The translations under genes were made by a program, and so were the position numbers. From NCBI GenBank assembly GCA_963764165.1, contig CAVXRD010000005.1, positions 1 to 64,000 of the forward strand: DNA of 64,000 nt. The letters run 5' to 3'. This document shows, in pieces, positions 31,073 through 42,100 of this stretch. How positions within the stretch are numbered: the first letter of the stretch is position 1; every line of letters begins with the position of its first letter. This stretch comes from an uncultured Verrucomicrobiae bacterium (GTDB lineage Bacteria > Verrucomicrobiota > Verrucomicrobiia > Limisphaerales > Palsa-1400). The notes beneath the pieces are model-generated. The model had not been told where the DNA came from. It worked only from the letters and a program-made list of their open reading frames with translations, and ran no database searches.

Positions 31073-32701
31073 TCAATTAAATTTCACCGCTCCGCAGAAA
31101 TGCACTTCGATCCCCAATTCTGCCAGCATGGCGGCTTTGATCCGGCAGGCGCGGTGGGCTTTTTTCTCGTCGGGCGCATAGACGACCTGGATGTGGTTGG
31201 ATTTGTGCCGGGCCATCATTTGGTCGCGCGTGACGCCCTCGAAAACGGTGTGCATGATCGGCCATTGTGGAGTCGTTTCGGCCCAGCGGCGTTCGGTTTC
31301 TTCCTGCGGCAATTCCACCGCTTTTCCGACGCCGAGGTCGCAATGCAATTTGCCGCCCATGATGAAAATGCGGCTCCAGACAATCGCTCCCGGCTTGCTG
31401 ATGCCCTTGAGCGTGCCGCCGCCGAGGCGAAAATACATCGCGGGCTGTCGTTCACTTGACGCTCCTTTCCAGCCGCCGACGAAATGGGCGGGCGGGGCCG
31501 CGCCGGAAATCAACAGCACCCAGACGTATTCGTTCAATGTCTCGCTCTGGTAGGCCTGGCCCCAGCGCAAATCGTGCAGCGTGTTTTCCGGCGGGTAACC
31601 GAGCTTGCGCCAAAGCTGGTAAGTCAGCAATCCGTCCAGCCCGGCGCATTCATCAACTTCGTTGAAATGCGGCAGCGCTTCGCCCGCGTAAAGCTCGTGC
31701 TTCGTCACGGCATGTTTGACTGGCGGGCGGTCCACGTTGTTAAGCGTGCCCTCAACCAGATCGCTGGCCGGGGCGAGGTCCTTCAATCCTTGCTGATATT
31801 GAATGCCAATGGCGCTGCACCCAAAGTCATCCGCAATGCGGAGCGCGGCGATATACATTTTGCATTGGAGCAGCGTTTGCTCGCGGGTCAATTCAGTCTC
31901 CTCATTTTTGCCCCATTTGAATTTGACGCCGTGTTTCAAGTACCATTGCAAGACGGCATTCGCCTCGGCATCCGAAACGTCGCGCATGGCGGCGTAAAGG
32001 GCGGACTGGCTCAGGCGTTCCTTGAATGCGCCGGTGGGATGGAGCAATTCGTCGGGGATAATTGCGTTGAACATGCCCATGCAACCTTCATCGAACACGC
32101 CCAGGATGGCTTTGCGCTGCTTGAATTGCTGGCCGAAGGCGCGGCCCAATTTCTCTTCCGCCGCAGGCAAGTTCACGCCGGAAAAATCGCGCACATGACT
32201 TGTATCATGCGTGGCCGCTCCTGTTTCGAGCCATTCGCGAAGGCCTTTTTGGAAAAACTCGGCGGAGAAATCCTCGGCCCACAACGAACTATATTTAACT
32301 CCGGCTTTTGTCATCGAGCCGTTCAGATTGAGCATGCCAACAAGGCCAGGCCAGGTGCCGCTCCAATTCGCCACCGTCAAGATCGGGGCGCCATGAGTGG
32401 TCAGCCCCGGCAGAACATGATGGCTGTATTGCCAGACGGCCTCGGCGACGATGAGCGGGACCGACGGATCAAGCTTGCGGAACACCTCCATGCCCATTTT
32501 CTGTGAGTCAATAAAACCGTGTTTCTTCGCGGGGTCGCAGGCATGCGCGCGAACAACCTTCCAGCCAAGGCTTTCTATGGATTTGGCAAGGGCGGCTTCC
32601 ATCTTGAGCTGTTCCGGCCAGCATTTTTGATTGGCGCTGAGGCGGAGGTCGCCGCTGGCGATGAGATAAATCTTTTTTGGGGACGAGGTTTTCTTCGGCA
32701 T
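31073..32701 (-). CDS. Fucose isomerase-family protein
   Basis: [37 protein letters not shown]. Confidence 0.75.
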   Translation of the reverse strand: MPKKTSSPKKIYLIASGDLRLSANQKCWPEQLKMEAALAKSIESLGWKVVRAHACDPAKKHGFIDSQKMGMEVFRKLDPSVPLIVAEAVWQYSHHVLPGLTTHGAPILTVANWSGTWPGLVGMLNLNGSMTKAGVKYSSLWAEDFSAEFFQKGLREWLETGAATHDTSHVRDFSGVNLPAAEEKLGRAFGQQFKQRKAILGVFDEGCMGMFNAIIPDELLHPTGAFKERLSQSALYAAMRDVSDAEANAVLQWYLKHGVKFKWGKNEETELTREQTLLQCKMYIAALRIADDFGCSAIGIQYQQGLKDLAPASDLVEGTLNNVDRPPVKHAVTKHELYAGEALPHFNEVDECAGLDGLLTYQLWRKLGYPPENTLHDLRWGQAYQSETLNEYVWVLLISGAAPPAHFVGGWKGASSERQPAMYFRLGGGTLKGISKPGAIVWSRIFIMGGKLHCDLGVGKAVELPQEETERRWAETTPQWPIMHTVFEGVTRDQMMARHKSNHIQVVYAPDEKKAHRACRIKAAMLAELGIEVHFCGAVKFN

Positions 32702-33121
32702 ATGCGTAGCGTTAAGATTCCTTCAGCGAGTCCGCGGAGTCATTGACTTGGACGCAACATAAGCAGAAGCCGGGGTGCTTGGCCAGAATTTTGAATGAAC
32801 CCGGCAGCGGGAATCCACCTTTTGCGTTTCTGCTTCGTGTCCATTGCGTCCTTCTTGTTCAATTCTTTGCCGGCCGCTGGCTGGTCCGGACAAGCGTCTC
32901 GCGCGCCGCGCCGATGCCGGATCAAAAAAGACTTTTTCACAACAAGGACACAAAGAGGGAAAGGGGAAGACGCCAATTCCCCTTGAATGCGTATGTTCAT
33001 TGGCGCGCGAGAAACGAGACCTCGTGTGAAGCGCGCTCTTGCACTCTTTGTCCCCGCGTCCCAATACGGGCGCTGTTTTGGGGTGACAGCGGCGCGAAAA
33101 GCCCGTTATTCTGCCGGCGCC

Positions 33122-34339
33122 ATGAGTGAAACCCTGCGATACCTGCAATCCGTGCCGGCGGAAGCGCCCCCTGAAATCGGCACGCTTGTCAAATACCTGC
33201 TTTTGGACGCCATCAAGGCCAAGGCCAGCGACATTCACATCGAGCCGTGGGAGACCACACTCGTGGTGCGAATCCGTCTCAACGGGGTGCTGACCGAGCT
33301 GGTCCACCTGCCGCTGGAATGGATGGAGAAAATTTCCGGGCGCTTCAAGGTGCTGGCCAATCTTGTGACCTACCAAACCGGCCTGCCGCAGGAAGGCCAC
33401 GCGCCGGCGGATCCGGAATTGGGCGGCGTGGAGCAGCGCATCTCCATTTTCCCGACCGTGCGCGGCGAAAAGATCGTCGTCCGCATTTTTGACCCGAGCA
33501 ACCGCAGCTTTGACCTCGCCGCGCTGGGCTTTGATGACGATGTGCTCCAGCAGTTTCTCAAGCTCCTCACCCGGCCGAGCGGTTTGATCTTGTTGACAGG
33601 GCCGACGGGATCCGGCAAGACCACCGCCATTTACTCGGCCCTTTACACGCTCGTGCAGCGGGCGGGTTCGACCATCAGCATCGCGACGGTCGAGGACCCG
33701 GTGGAATACAACCTGCCCATGGTCGCCCAGGCGCAGGTGAATCTGGCCCAGGAATTCACTTATCCGCGCGCCTTGCGCTCCTTGATGCGGCAGGACCCGC
33801 AAGTGATCATGGTCGGCGAAATTCGCGACGCGGAAACCGCCGCGATTGCCGTGCAAGCCGGGCTGACCGGCCACCTTGTCATCAGCACAATTCACAGCGG
33901 CAGCACGGCGGGTGTCTTCGCGCGCTTGATGAATATGCAGATCGAGCCGTTCCTGCTGGCCTCCAGCATCACAGGCGTCCTGGGTGTTCGCTTGATTCGG
34001 AAGAATTGCAGCTATTGTTCGATGCCTTATGAGCCGGACCCAGCCTACGTCAAGCTTGTTCCCATTGAGGAACGGGACAACGCATCGTTCCGCCGCGGCG
34101 CCGGTTGCGACCAGTGCGTCACCACCGGCTTCCTGGGCCGCTACTCGGTCAGCGAAATGCTCACCGTGACGCAGCCCTTTCGTGAAGCTATTGTTGACAA
34201 GGTTCCGACGAAAGCGCTGCAGCAGGTCGCAGTCGACGCCGGCATGATTACGATGTGGCGGCGCGGCCTCAACCGCGCCCTGACCGGCGAAACCACGCTG
34301 GAGGAAATCCTGCGCGTGATTTCCGTGGATGAAATCTAG
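33122..34339 (+). CDS. GspE/PulE/PilB-family secretion ATPase (short, no N-terminal MshEN domain)
   Basis: ASDIHIEP, GPTGSGKTT, EDPVEY, RQDP.VIMVGEIRD, TGHLV.STIH, tetracysteine motif. Confidence 0.92.
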   Translation: MSETLRYLQSVPAEAPPEIGTLVKYLLLDAIKAKASDIHIEPWETTLVVRIRLNGVLTELVHLPLEWMEKISGRFKVLANLVTYQTGLPQEGHAPADPELGGVEQRISIFPTVRGEKIVVRIFDPSNRSFDLAALGFDDDVLQQFLKLLTRPSGLILLTGPTGSGKTTAIYSALYTLVQRAGSTISIATVEDPVEYNLPMVAQAQVNLAQEFTYPRALRSLMRQDPQVIMVGEIRDAETAAIAVQAGLTGHLVISTIHSGSTAGVFARLMNMQIEPFLLASSITGVLGVRLIRKNCSYCSMPYEPDPAYVKLVPIEERDNASFRRGAGCDQCVTTGFLGRYSVSEMLTVTQPFREAIVDKVPTKALQQVAVDAGMITMWRRGLNRALTGETTLEEILRVISVDEI

Positions 34340-35477
34340 TGCCGTGTTCATTGACGGCCTGGCCACCCTGGCCGCCCTCAGTTTTATTTTGACGCTTTGG
34401 CGCTGGATCGTGAGCCTGCGATTCCCGCTGCACAGGCGACCGCCGATGGCGGCATCCCTGCCCGGCGTGACGATGCTGAAGCCACTCAAGGGCTGTGATC
34501 CGGAAACAAAAGCGTGCCTGCGAAGCTGGTTCACCCAAGCCTATCCTGGCCCCGTCCAATTGCTCTTCGGCGTGGCTTCCGCCGAGGATCCCGTTTGCGC
34601 CATTGTGCGGGAATTAATTGCGGAATTTCCCGCGGCCGATGCGCGACTGGTGATCTGCTCCGAACCTCTTGGCATCAACGCCAAGGTTTCCACCCTGCGC
34701 CAATTGGAGCCGAACACCCGCCATCCGCTTGTCATGATCAGCGATGCGGATGTCCGCGTGCCCGCCGATTTCGCCGCCTGCGTCACACCGCTCCTCGGCG
34801 GGGCAGATACGGGGCTTGTCAATTGTTTTTACCGGCTGGCCAATCCATCGACGCCCGCAATGCAATGGGAAGCCACCGCCATCAACGCGGATTTTTGGAC
34901 AAACGTCCTGCAATCGCGAAGCCTCAAGCCAGTGGATTTCGCGCTTGGAGCGGTGATGGCTTTGCCGGCGGCGCAACTTAAAGCCATCGGCGGATTTGCC
35001 ACGCTGTCGGATTTTCTGGCGGATGATTACCAGCTTGGCCAGCAAGTCGCTCTACGCGGGAAAAAAATCGCCTTTGCCAATGTGGTGGCGGAATGCTGGG
35101 ATGGGCCGATGAACCTGCGGCAAGTGTGGTCGCATCAATCGCGCTGGGCGCGGACGATTCGTGTGTGCCAGCCGATGCCGTATTTCCTGAGCATCCTTAA
35201 CAACTCCACGCTATGGCCAGTTGTATTGATGGCAGTTTCGCGTCAGCCAAACGCGCTCGCCTGCGGCGCGGCGTGCGTTGTTTTCCGCATCGGAACAGCA
35301 TTGCATCAGCAATTACGTTTGGCGGAAAAATTTCCGCCGCTGGCTTACTTCTGGATGGCGCCGGTGAAGGACTTGTTGGATGTATTCGTGTGGGCTGCGG
35401 CCTTCGTCGGAAACCACGTCACATGGAGAGGTCAGCGTTATGGAATTCTGCGGGACGGGCGGCTGGCGAAAGAATAA
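34329..35477 (+). CDS. Ceramide glucosyltransferase/HpnI-like glycosyltransferase
   Basis: LKPLKG.D, NAKV, SDADV, LADDY.LG, Q.RW.RT. Confidence 0.85.
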   Translation: MKSSAVFIDGLATLAALSFILTLWRWIVSLRFPLHRRPPMAASLPGVTMLKPLKGCDPETKACLRSWFTQAYPGPVQLLFGVASAEDPVCAIVRELIAEFPAADARLVICSEPLGINAKVSTLRQLEPNTRHPLVMISDADVRVPADFAACVTPLLGGADTGLVNCFYRLANPSTPAMQWEATAINADFWTNVLQSRSLKPVDFALGAVMALPAAQLKAIGGFATLSDFLADDYQLGQQVALRGKKIAFANVVAECWDGPMNLRQVWSHQSRWARTIRVCQPMPYFLSILNNSTLWPVVLMAVSRQPNALACGAACVVFRIGTALHQQLRLAEKFPPLAYFWMAPVKDLLDVFVWAAAFVGNHVTWRGQRYGILRDGRLAKE

Positions 35478-35488
35478 GACACCTCTAG

Positions 35489-36769
35489 TCAACAATACAC
35501 GAGCAGCGATTGCGCAATCGGGCTGATGCGATTGTAATTCCATAGCTTGTCAATATAAGCAGCGGTGAGGCGCTGGCCATCGGGGATAAGCAGCATCCCG
35601 CTCTCGCTGTAAATGCCTTCGGCCAAAACCATCCCGGGTCGCAAATCTTTTAAGACAACCACGCGCTGTTTATTCGGGATGACGGCTTTGGGAGAAGTGC
35701 GGATGAACATGCGCACAGCCTCCGGGTCGAAAGCCTTGCCGCTGCCTTCGTTGATCATTTCCAGCGCGAGCTTTGAGTCAAGATGACTTTCGGCGTAGGC
35801 GACCGCCACCGCGAGCATGCGCGACAGCCACGGTATATCCGAGCCGCGCAATTTATCAGGATAACCGGTGCCATCGAAGCGTTCGTGATGGCCTCGGATG
35901 GTCGGGCCGACGCCTGTCAAATGCTGCACGAAGGCCGCCAATTCCTGGCCGAGAACCGGATGCTGATGGATCAAGCGCCATTCGGCATCCGTCAAGGCGC
36001 CCGGAGTTTCCTGCCAGCGCCGGATGAGCTGGCGCGGGACGCCGATCAAACCAATGTCGTAAAGGTAGCCGCTGATTTCCAGCGTTTGCTTTTGCGTCGC
36101 CGACAAATCCGAGCCTTCGGCCATCGATTGGCACAAGGCCGCCACCCGGCGCGCCTGGGTGCCAATGGTCGGATAAAATGTCCGCATGGTCTGCACGCAC
36201 ATTTCAACGGAGCGGCGCAGATTTTCCTCCTGGCTGTTGGCGAATGCCTGCAATTGCTTGTTCTGCTCGTCGATCTTGCCCAGTTGCGTTTCCAGGGCGT
36301 GATTCATGTCCTGGAGCTGCTGGTTCATTGCCTGCGTGGCGGCTTGCAGCCGGGCGTTTTTTGTGATTAGCTCGTGGCGCTGCACCGCGTTGCGGACGGT
36401 GGCCAGCAATTCCTCGCGCAGCCACGGCTTGACAATAAAACGGTAAATTTCCCCCTTGTTAATGGCGTCGATGACTGTGCTCAGGCTCAGCACGGCCGTG
36501 ATGAGAATGCGGGTGGCTTCCGGCTGAATCTCGCGCACCTGGGCCAGGAATTCCAGGCCGGTGACCATCGGCATTTGCTGGTCGGTGATGACGACGGAGA
36601 ATTGCTGCTCGTTAAGCACGCTCAAGGCGTGAATGGCATGCGGTGAGGAGACGACCTCGTAGCCCTCGCGCTGGAGGGTGTCACGCAGAGCAACCAGCAC
36701 GATTTCTTCATCGTCCACAATCAGGATGGGCCGTGCGATCTCTTTGCCAGGGGTCGAATCTGAAATCAT
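35489..36769 (-). CDS. Response regulator with HD-GYP-like output domain
   Basis: ILIVDDE, ITDQQMP, KPW receiver; HHERFDGTGYP; HD motif reads YD. Confidence 0.9.
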   Translation of the reverse strand: MISDSTPGKEIARPILIVDDEEIVLVALRDTLQREGYEVVSSPHAIHALSVLNEQQFSVVITDQQMPMVTGLEFLAQVREIQPEATRILITAVLSLSTVIDAINKGEIYRFIVKPWLREELLATVRNAVQRHELITKNARLQAATQAMNQQLQDMNHALETQLGKIDEQNKQLQAFANSQEENLRRSVEMCVQTMRTFYPTIGTQARRVAALCQSMAEGSDLSATQKQTLEISGYLYDIGLIGVPRQLIRRWQETPGALTDAEWRLIHQHPVLGQELAAFVQHLTGVGPTIRGHHERFDGTGYPDKLRGSDIPWLSRMLAVAVAYAESHLDSKLALEMINEGSGKAFDPEAVRMFIRTSPKAVIPNKQRVVVLKDLRPGMVLAEGIYSESGMLLIPDGQRLTAAYIDKLWNYNRISPIAQSLLVYC

Positions 36770-36790
36770 GTATCTATCAAACTCCAGTGC

Positions 36791-38806
36791 TCATGGGCGT
36801 TGGTCAAAAAATGCGCGCAATTTCAACAGCATGTCCTTCTCGGATAAATCCGGCCCGAGAATCATGTCCACTTCCCGCTGCACCTCGCCGCCAATATCAT
36901 CCTGGCTGAAGCCCGAGAGCTTCAGCACCACCTTCAAATCCTGCTTCTGCTGGCGCAATTCCGCCGGGAGCGACATGACCGGCTCATTCGGCTCCGCCAG
37001 GATCAACACACCGTTGAACTGATAATCGGTTGAGTGCAGCAGCTCGGCCAGATTATCGGCGCCGGTGGACATGACAATATGGTAATCGTGCGAGCGAAGC
37101 AATTCCGCTGTTTTGTCCAAAACCTCCCCATCCGGGCCGATCAAAAGCAGGCTCCGGCGGGCGCTCAAACGCTGCGCCTCTTCCTCGACCCGCGAAGGCC
37201 CGGCCAGGTTCGCTTCCGGCAGCCAGATTTGGAAACTTGTTCCCAGGCCTTCCTTCGACACCACGGAGATCGCGCCCTGATGTTTCTCGATGGCCAGGCG
37301 GGCGTTGTAAAGGCCCAGGCCCGATCCTTTTGATTTGGTGGTGAAGAACGCATCAAAAATATGGGGAAGGTGGCGCTGCTTGATGCCGGCTCCGGTGTCT
37401 TGAATGGACAGGCTCACGCACGGAAGAGAGGGCATCGTGCCGCGCATGTATTCCACAACGGGAACGCTGTCGTGCCGCATCGTTTTCAACGTCAAGCATC
37501 CGCCTTGTGGCATGGCCTCGGCGGCATTGAGCATCAAGTTGATCACAACCTGGCGGAATTCCACCACGTCGAGGTAAACCGGCAGCGGGACCGGCGTCAA
37601 TTCCGTTTCGACCAGGATGCGGCGCTTGAGAATTTTCGTGACCAATTCCACCAGGTCGTTGGCGACGTCGTTGAGGTTGTGGAAATTGCGCTCGCCGGTT
37701 TTGCCGAGGTGCAGATTGATCATGCGCTGCACCAGCTGGCTGGCTTGCAGCGAGCTTTTTTTGATCAGCGACAATCCTTCGTAAAACGGATGCACTGGCT
37801 CGAGCGAGCTGATGAACGATTCAGTCAGCGAATGGATGCCCGCGATGATGTTCGTGAAATCGTGCGCCATGCCCAGGGTCAGCACCGCCAGCGTCTCCTT
37901 CCAGGCGGCGGTGGACAGGCGTTTTTCGGCGATGGTCTGGCGCGTCACATCCAGCCACACCACTTCGTAGCCGAGCAAAAGGCCGTTCTTGGAAACCGCC
38001 GGCTGGCGATGCTCCAAAACATAGGCGACGCGGCCGGTGCCGGCGTGGCGGATTCGGTAGGTGTTGGTGAGCGGCGCGCCGGATTTGGCCGCGCGCTTGC
38101 ATTGCTGCTGCAATTCCCCAGAGTCCCCCTCATGCACCAAATCCCAAAAACGCCCGGGCTGAACGGCCCATTCCGCCGCGTCGATGCCGGTGAGATCCTT
38201 GATATTGGGGCTGGCGAATTGCAGGGTGAAATCGGGGCGCTGGCTGAAAATGACGCACGGCCAGCGGCGGGTCAAACCTTCCAGCCGCGCCTCGGCCCGC
38301 AGCATCCGGACGAACACGTCGCGCCGCGCCGCGTCGTTTCGCAGGTGCTCATCCCAAATGCCTTCCTCCAAATCCGCCAGCGGCGGAAGAACGGAGGTCA
38401 GGCGCGCGAAAGAATTCCGCGGGCCGCGGGCGATTTCCAAGCTGAACCACTGCGTGGCAGGCCCGCCTTCAGCTCCATCCCTTGGCAGCTTGATGCTGAT
38501 TCGCTCAAAAGGCGACGTGCTGCCGCGAAGCGGCTTGAGCGATTCCTCCCATTCGGGCGACAGCCCCGAAAGCGTGTCCCAATAAGACAGGCCCGCCAGT
38601 GAAGCGGCCGGTTTTTCCAGCCAAGTGCAGAGCGATTCGTTGGCGGCGAGGATGGCGCCATCGGAGTCAAGCGTGGCGCTGCCGCCCTCAAGCCATGAGC
38701 GGGGTGAAAAGGGCTTGGCTGGATCGCGCGGCTGCGAAGCATCTGCGGCTGACACGGCATTCTGGGGTTCCACGCGCACGGCAACATCCATTCGTTGAGA
38801 ATCCAT
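36791..38806 (-). CDS. PAS-domain sensor histidine kinase with degenerate C-terminal receiver
   Basis: MAHDFTN H-box, NL.LNA N-box, DTGAG, FFTTK..GSGLGL; start taken at ATG 38806. Confidence 0.88.
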   Translation of the reverse strand: MDSQRMDVAVRVEPQNAVSAADASQPRDPAKPFSPRSWLEGGSATLDSDGAILAANESLCTWLEKPAASLAGLSYWDTLSGLSPEWEESLKPLRGSTSPFERISIKLPRDGAEGGPATQWFSLEIARGPRNSFARLTSVLPPLADLEEGIWDEHLRNDAARRDVFVRMLRAEARLEGLTRRWPCVIFSQRPDFTLQFASPNIKDLTGIDAAEWAVQPGRFWDLVHEGDSGELQQQCKRAAKSGAPLTNTYRIRHAGTGRVAYVLEHRQPAVSKNGLLLGYEVVWLDVTRQTIAEKRLSTAAWKETLAVLTLGMAHDFTNIIAGIHSLTESFISSLEPVHPFYEGLSLIKKSSLQASQLVQRMINLHLGKTGERNFHNLNDVANDLVELVTKILKRRILVETELTPVPLPVYLDVVEFRQVVINLMLNAAEAMPQGGCLTLKTMRHDSVPVVEYMRGTMPSLPCVSLSIQDTGAGIKQRHLPHIFDAFFTTKSKGSGLGLYNARLAIEKHQGAISVVSKEGLGTSFQIWLPEANLAGPSRVEEEAQRLSARRSLLLIGPDGEVLDKTAELLRSHDYHIVMSTGADNLAELLHSTDYQFNGVLILAEPNEPVMSLPAELRQQKQDLKVVLKLSGFSQDDIGGEVQREVDMILGPDLSEKDMLLKLRAFFDQRP

Positions 38807-39164
38807 GGTAACTTTGCCGAGGCGGAATCTCAACGACAATATCCAGGTTTTCTTTCCGGCAAAACCGCCTGACCCCGGCGTAATCTCAGAAATGCCGGCG
38901 CATCCGCAAACTGCAGCCGGGCGCTTTGAACCATTTGGCGAGGAAATTTCTGCGTTCTCCGCGCGATTGTATTTCATGCCCATATGAAACCAAATGGGTT
39001 CTTAATTTTGGACGGGACAGATCACACGCATCTTCTGCCTCCAGCGGAAAAAGAACTCTTGCGCAGAGAAGATGACTGCGCTGAGGGAGGCAAGAGGTGG
39101 AGCGTTCCCGGCTCTGTTCATCCTCTTGATTCAGCGGCGGGACGCAACTGCCACTCTTCGCGTT

Positions 39165-42100
39165 CTACGCCGCGGCTTGCCGCGCCTGGCGGTGGGCGGC
39201 TTCCAGAACCTTGACGAAGTTCGGAAGTGTCAAACGCAGAGTTTCAAGCCGTTCGTGGATTTGGCTGATTAATCCGTGCGCGCCCACTCGAATGGCTTGG
39301 CGATACCAATTGAGAATTTCGCGGCTGATGGCAGGCTCCTCGGCGGGCGAGAAATTGGAATGCAATCCGCCCGTCAAAACTTCGCACAAAACCACCGCTC
39401 CCCGCTGGCGCGGCGAGACCGGAGCCTTTCGCCAAAGTTCCGCGGCATCGGCGAACTTCAGACAATAGAGCAGCGTCTCGGCCCGATGAGCTGCAAGGGG
39501 GGGATGTTTCGGGAAATGTTCGACCGCTTCGGCAGTCCAGCCAAGGGCGAAATTCAGGAACTCGGGGCGGCTTAATGCGGCTTGCGCGCCCAATTCCCAC
39601 ACCAGCGGTTCGAGCGGATTTTCGGACGCCAACTGCCGCAGCCACTTCAAACTTTCACCAACCTGGCCTTGCGCGGCAAGGAATCGGGCCAGATCAAAGC
39701 GCGCGCGGGACGATTTGGGATCCGCGGCAACGGCATCGGCGAAAGCTTGTTTGGCGCCTTCCGCATCGTTGAGCGCGATCAAACAGAGCGCGAGGCAATG
39801 ATGCGGGCCGGCTTTCAAAATTTCTGGATTGATGGGCGACAGGCCAGGACGGCTTCTTTTGGCGAGGCAGTGGCGCATCTGCGCGGCGGCCTCGGCGGGC
39901 TGCTTTAATTCCATATGGGCCAGGCCGAGGCAGAAATGCTGCGAGGCGGTCATGCCGGCTCGTTTGGCGAATGGGCTTTGCCACATTTGCACAATCTCGC
40001 CGAATTTTTTTGCGGCCATCAAATGGGTCGGCAACTGTGTCAACAATGTTTCACGCAATTCCGGCGTCACTTCCGCTTCCGGCTGCGAGGCCATCAGGCG
40101 AAGCGCTTCCCAATAACGGTCAAGGCCTTCCTCGATTTTGCCGGAGCGCACCAGTTCCAAGCCAAGGCTCATGATGAGATTCGGCTCGCCGGGCAGTTCC
40201 TCGATGGCTTTTTCCAGGAGGCGCAAATTGCGCTCGATCTTGTTGCGGGATCTCACCATGGCGTCTGTGTAGCCGTGATGGAGCAAAATGGTTTTGCCGA
40301 GCGCATGCTTCAATCCCCATTGCTGGCAGCGCACTTGAATGCTGCTGAACGCCTGCTCATGCACGCGTCCAAGGAAGAAGATGCCGGGCGCGTTGCGGAA
40401 CAGGCGCGGAACATAACTGCAGCCGCTCTCCTCGCGGCCAGTGTCAACAATAGGCATCCGGTAGCCGAAAACCGACGAGTCGCGGATTTCGCGCAAGAGC
40501 AGCCCGGCCTGATCGGGCTTTAATTCCTCATCAGCGTCAAGAACAAGAATCCAATCGCCGGCGGCGCGCTCGAGGGCGGCGTTGCGGGCCGCGCTGAAAT
40601 CGTCGCACCACGGGAAGGGGTGGATCTCCGCGCCGAGTTCCTTCGCGATTTCCACCGTTCGATCCGTCGAACCAGTGTCAACAACTACAATTTGCGATGC
40701 GATCGGTTTGACGGAGCGCAGGCATTGGCCGATGAACTTTTCCTCGTTCTTCGCGATCAGGCAGACGGAAATGCGCGGTTTGGCGGAGTCGTCCGCCAGG
40801 GCGGGCGGCAGCTTGAGCCAGTCCGGTTTGGTTGATCCGCGCAGGTTCCCCTTGAGGAACTGCTTCGGCGGGGCCCAAGTGGGCGCCATGTTGCGGGCCG
40901 TCGTGGCGCAGAGGCGGGCGGAGTTGGCGTCGCCGACGGCTTGGGCGATTTCTGCCAAGAGCAGATACGCTTCGGGGTGATACGGACGCGCGAATATGGC
41001 GGACAAGGCGGCTGTCCAGGCTGCGATCCATTGTCTCTTGCGAACCAGTTCGCGCGCCTCACCTAAGTGACCAAGCATCGCGCACCCAGGAAGCGCAATG
41101 CTGGCAACTTGGCGAGAAATTTTCTGGCCTGTTGCGACAGGCGACATTTTGTCTGCCCAGCAACGGCCGTCTAAAGCCGGGGTGTGGCTGCTCTTCAATT
41201 CGGGCAGCGGGAGCCGCAGGGATTGGCCTTGCGGCAAAACGGTCGGGAAAGAGTAACCGCGCTCGATGGCGGCTTCCTTCGGCATGGCCCACTTGGCTTT
41301 GAACACATCCCAATTGCGGTCCAGGCTGGCGCGGTAATCAATCTTCGCGCCCTTGAACGTTTGTCCGCCCGTGTGATGCACAAAGGAATCCAGCGCGATG
41401 CGGGACTTGAATCCCGCGAGGCTGGCGCGGATGCAATAATCGTCATCCTCGAAATTGCCGCTGCCGAATTGCGCGTCGAGGCCGCCGATTTTCTCCAGCA
41501 CGGCGCGGCGGAACAGCAGGCAGAATCCGACCAGACGCTTGGCCTCGGTGGATTTGCCGGCGAATTCGGCCGAGCGCTGCGCGGCGAACTTGGGCAAATG
41601 CTCCAAACCCGGATAACCAACAGGCGTGACGAGTTGCGGGCCGGAGACGTTATTTGACACCGGCCCGACCAAGCCACAGTCCGAATGGCCATTGAGCGTG
41701 GCCAGCATATTTTCGAGCCATCCCTGCGTGACGACCGTGTCGTTGTTGAGCAAGACGATGTTTTCGCCCTGGGCGCAGGCAAGACCCTGGTTGTTTCCAG
41801 CGGAAAAACCAAGATTGGCGCCGTTCAAAATCGTCCGGACATTTTGATGCTGCTCGGCGTATCTGCGGAAAAATGTGGTGGTGCCGTCGTTCGAGCCGTT
41901 GTCAACGAGAATGAGTTCGTGCGCGAGCGGCGTGCATTTCTCGATGCTCGTCAGGCATTGCTGGGTGTCGCGAAGCTGGTTGTGGGCAAGGATGATGATC
42001 GAGGTCAGCTTCTCGGCGGGCGGCGAATAGGGGCGTATGGCGGCGTTCGGGGCCGGCTTGCTCTTGTTCTCGCCGTCAATAAGAATATCCGCGCTCGCTT

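Noticed and set aside
30906..31076. N-terminal extension of the IS4 transposase in the ORF track
   Set aside because: It runs through the IS inverted repeat and the flanking REP; the real start is probably ATG 30905
32723..34534. 603-aa minus-strand ORF
   Set aside because: Antisense to the GspE ATPase with no recognisable motifs
38810..39160. c-di-GMP riboswitch upstream of the kinase/HD-GYP pair
   Set aside because: The GEMM consensus could not be matched by eye; an Rfam scan would be needed
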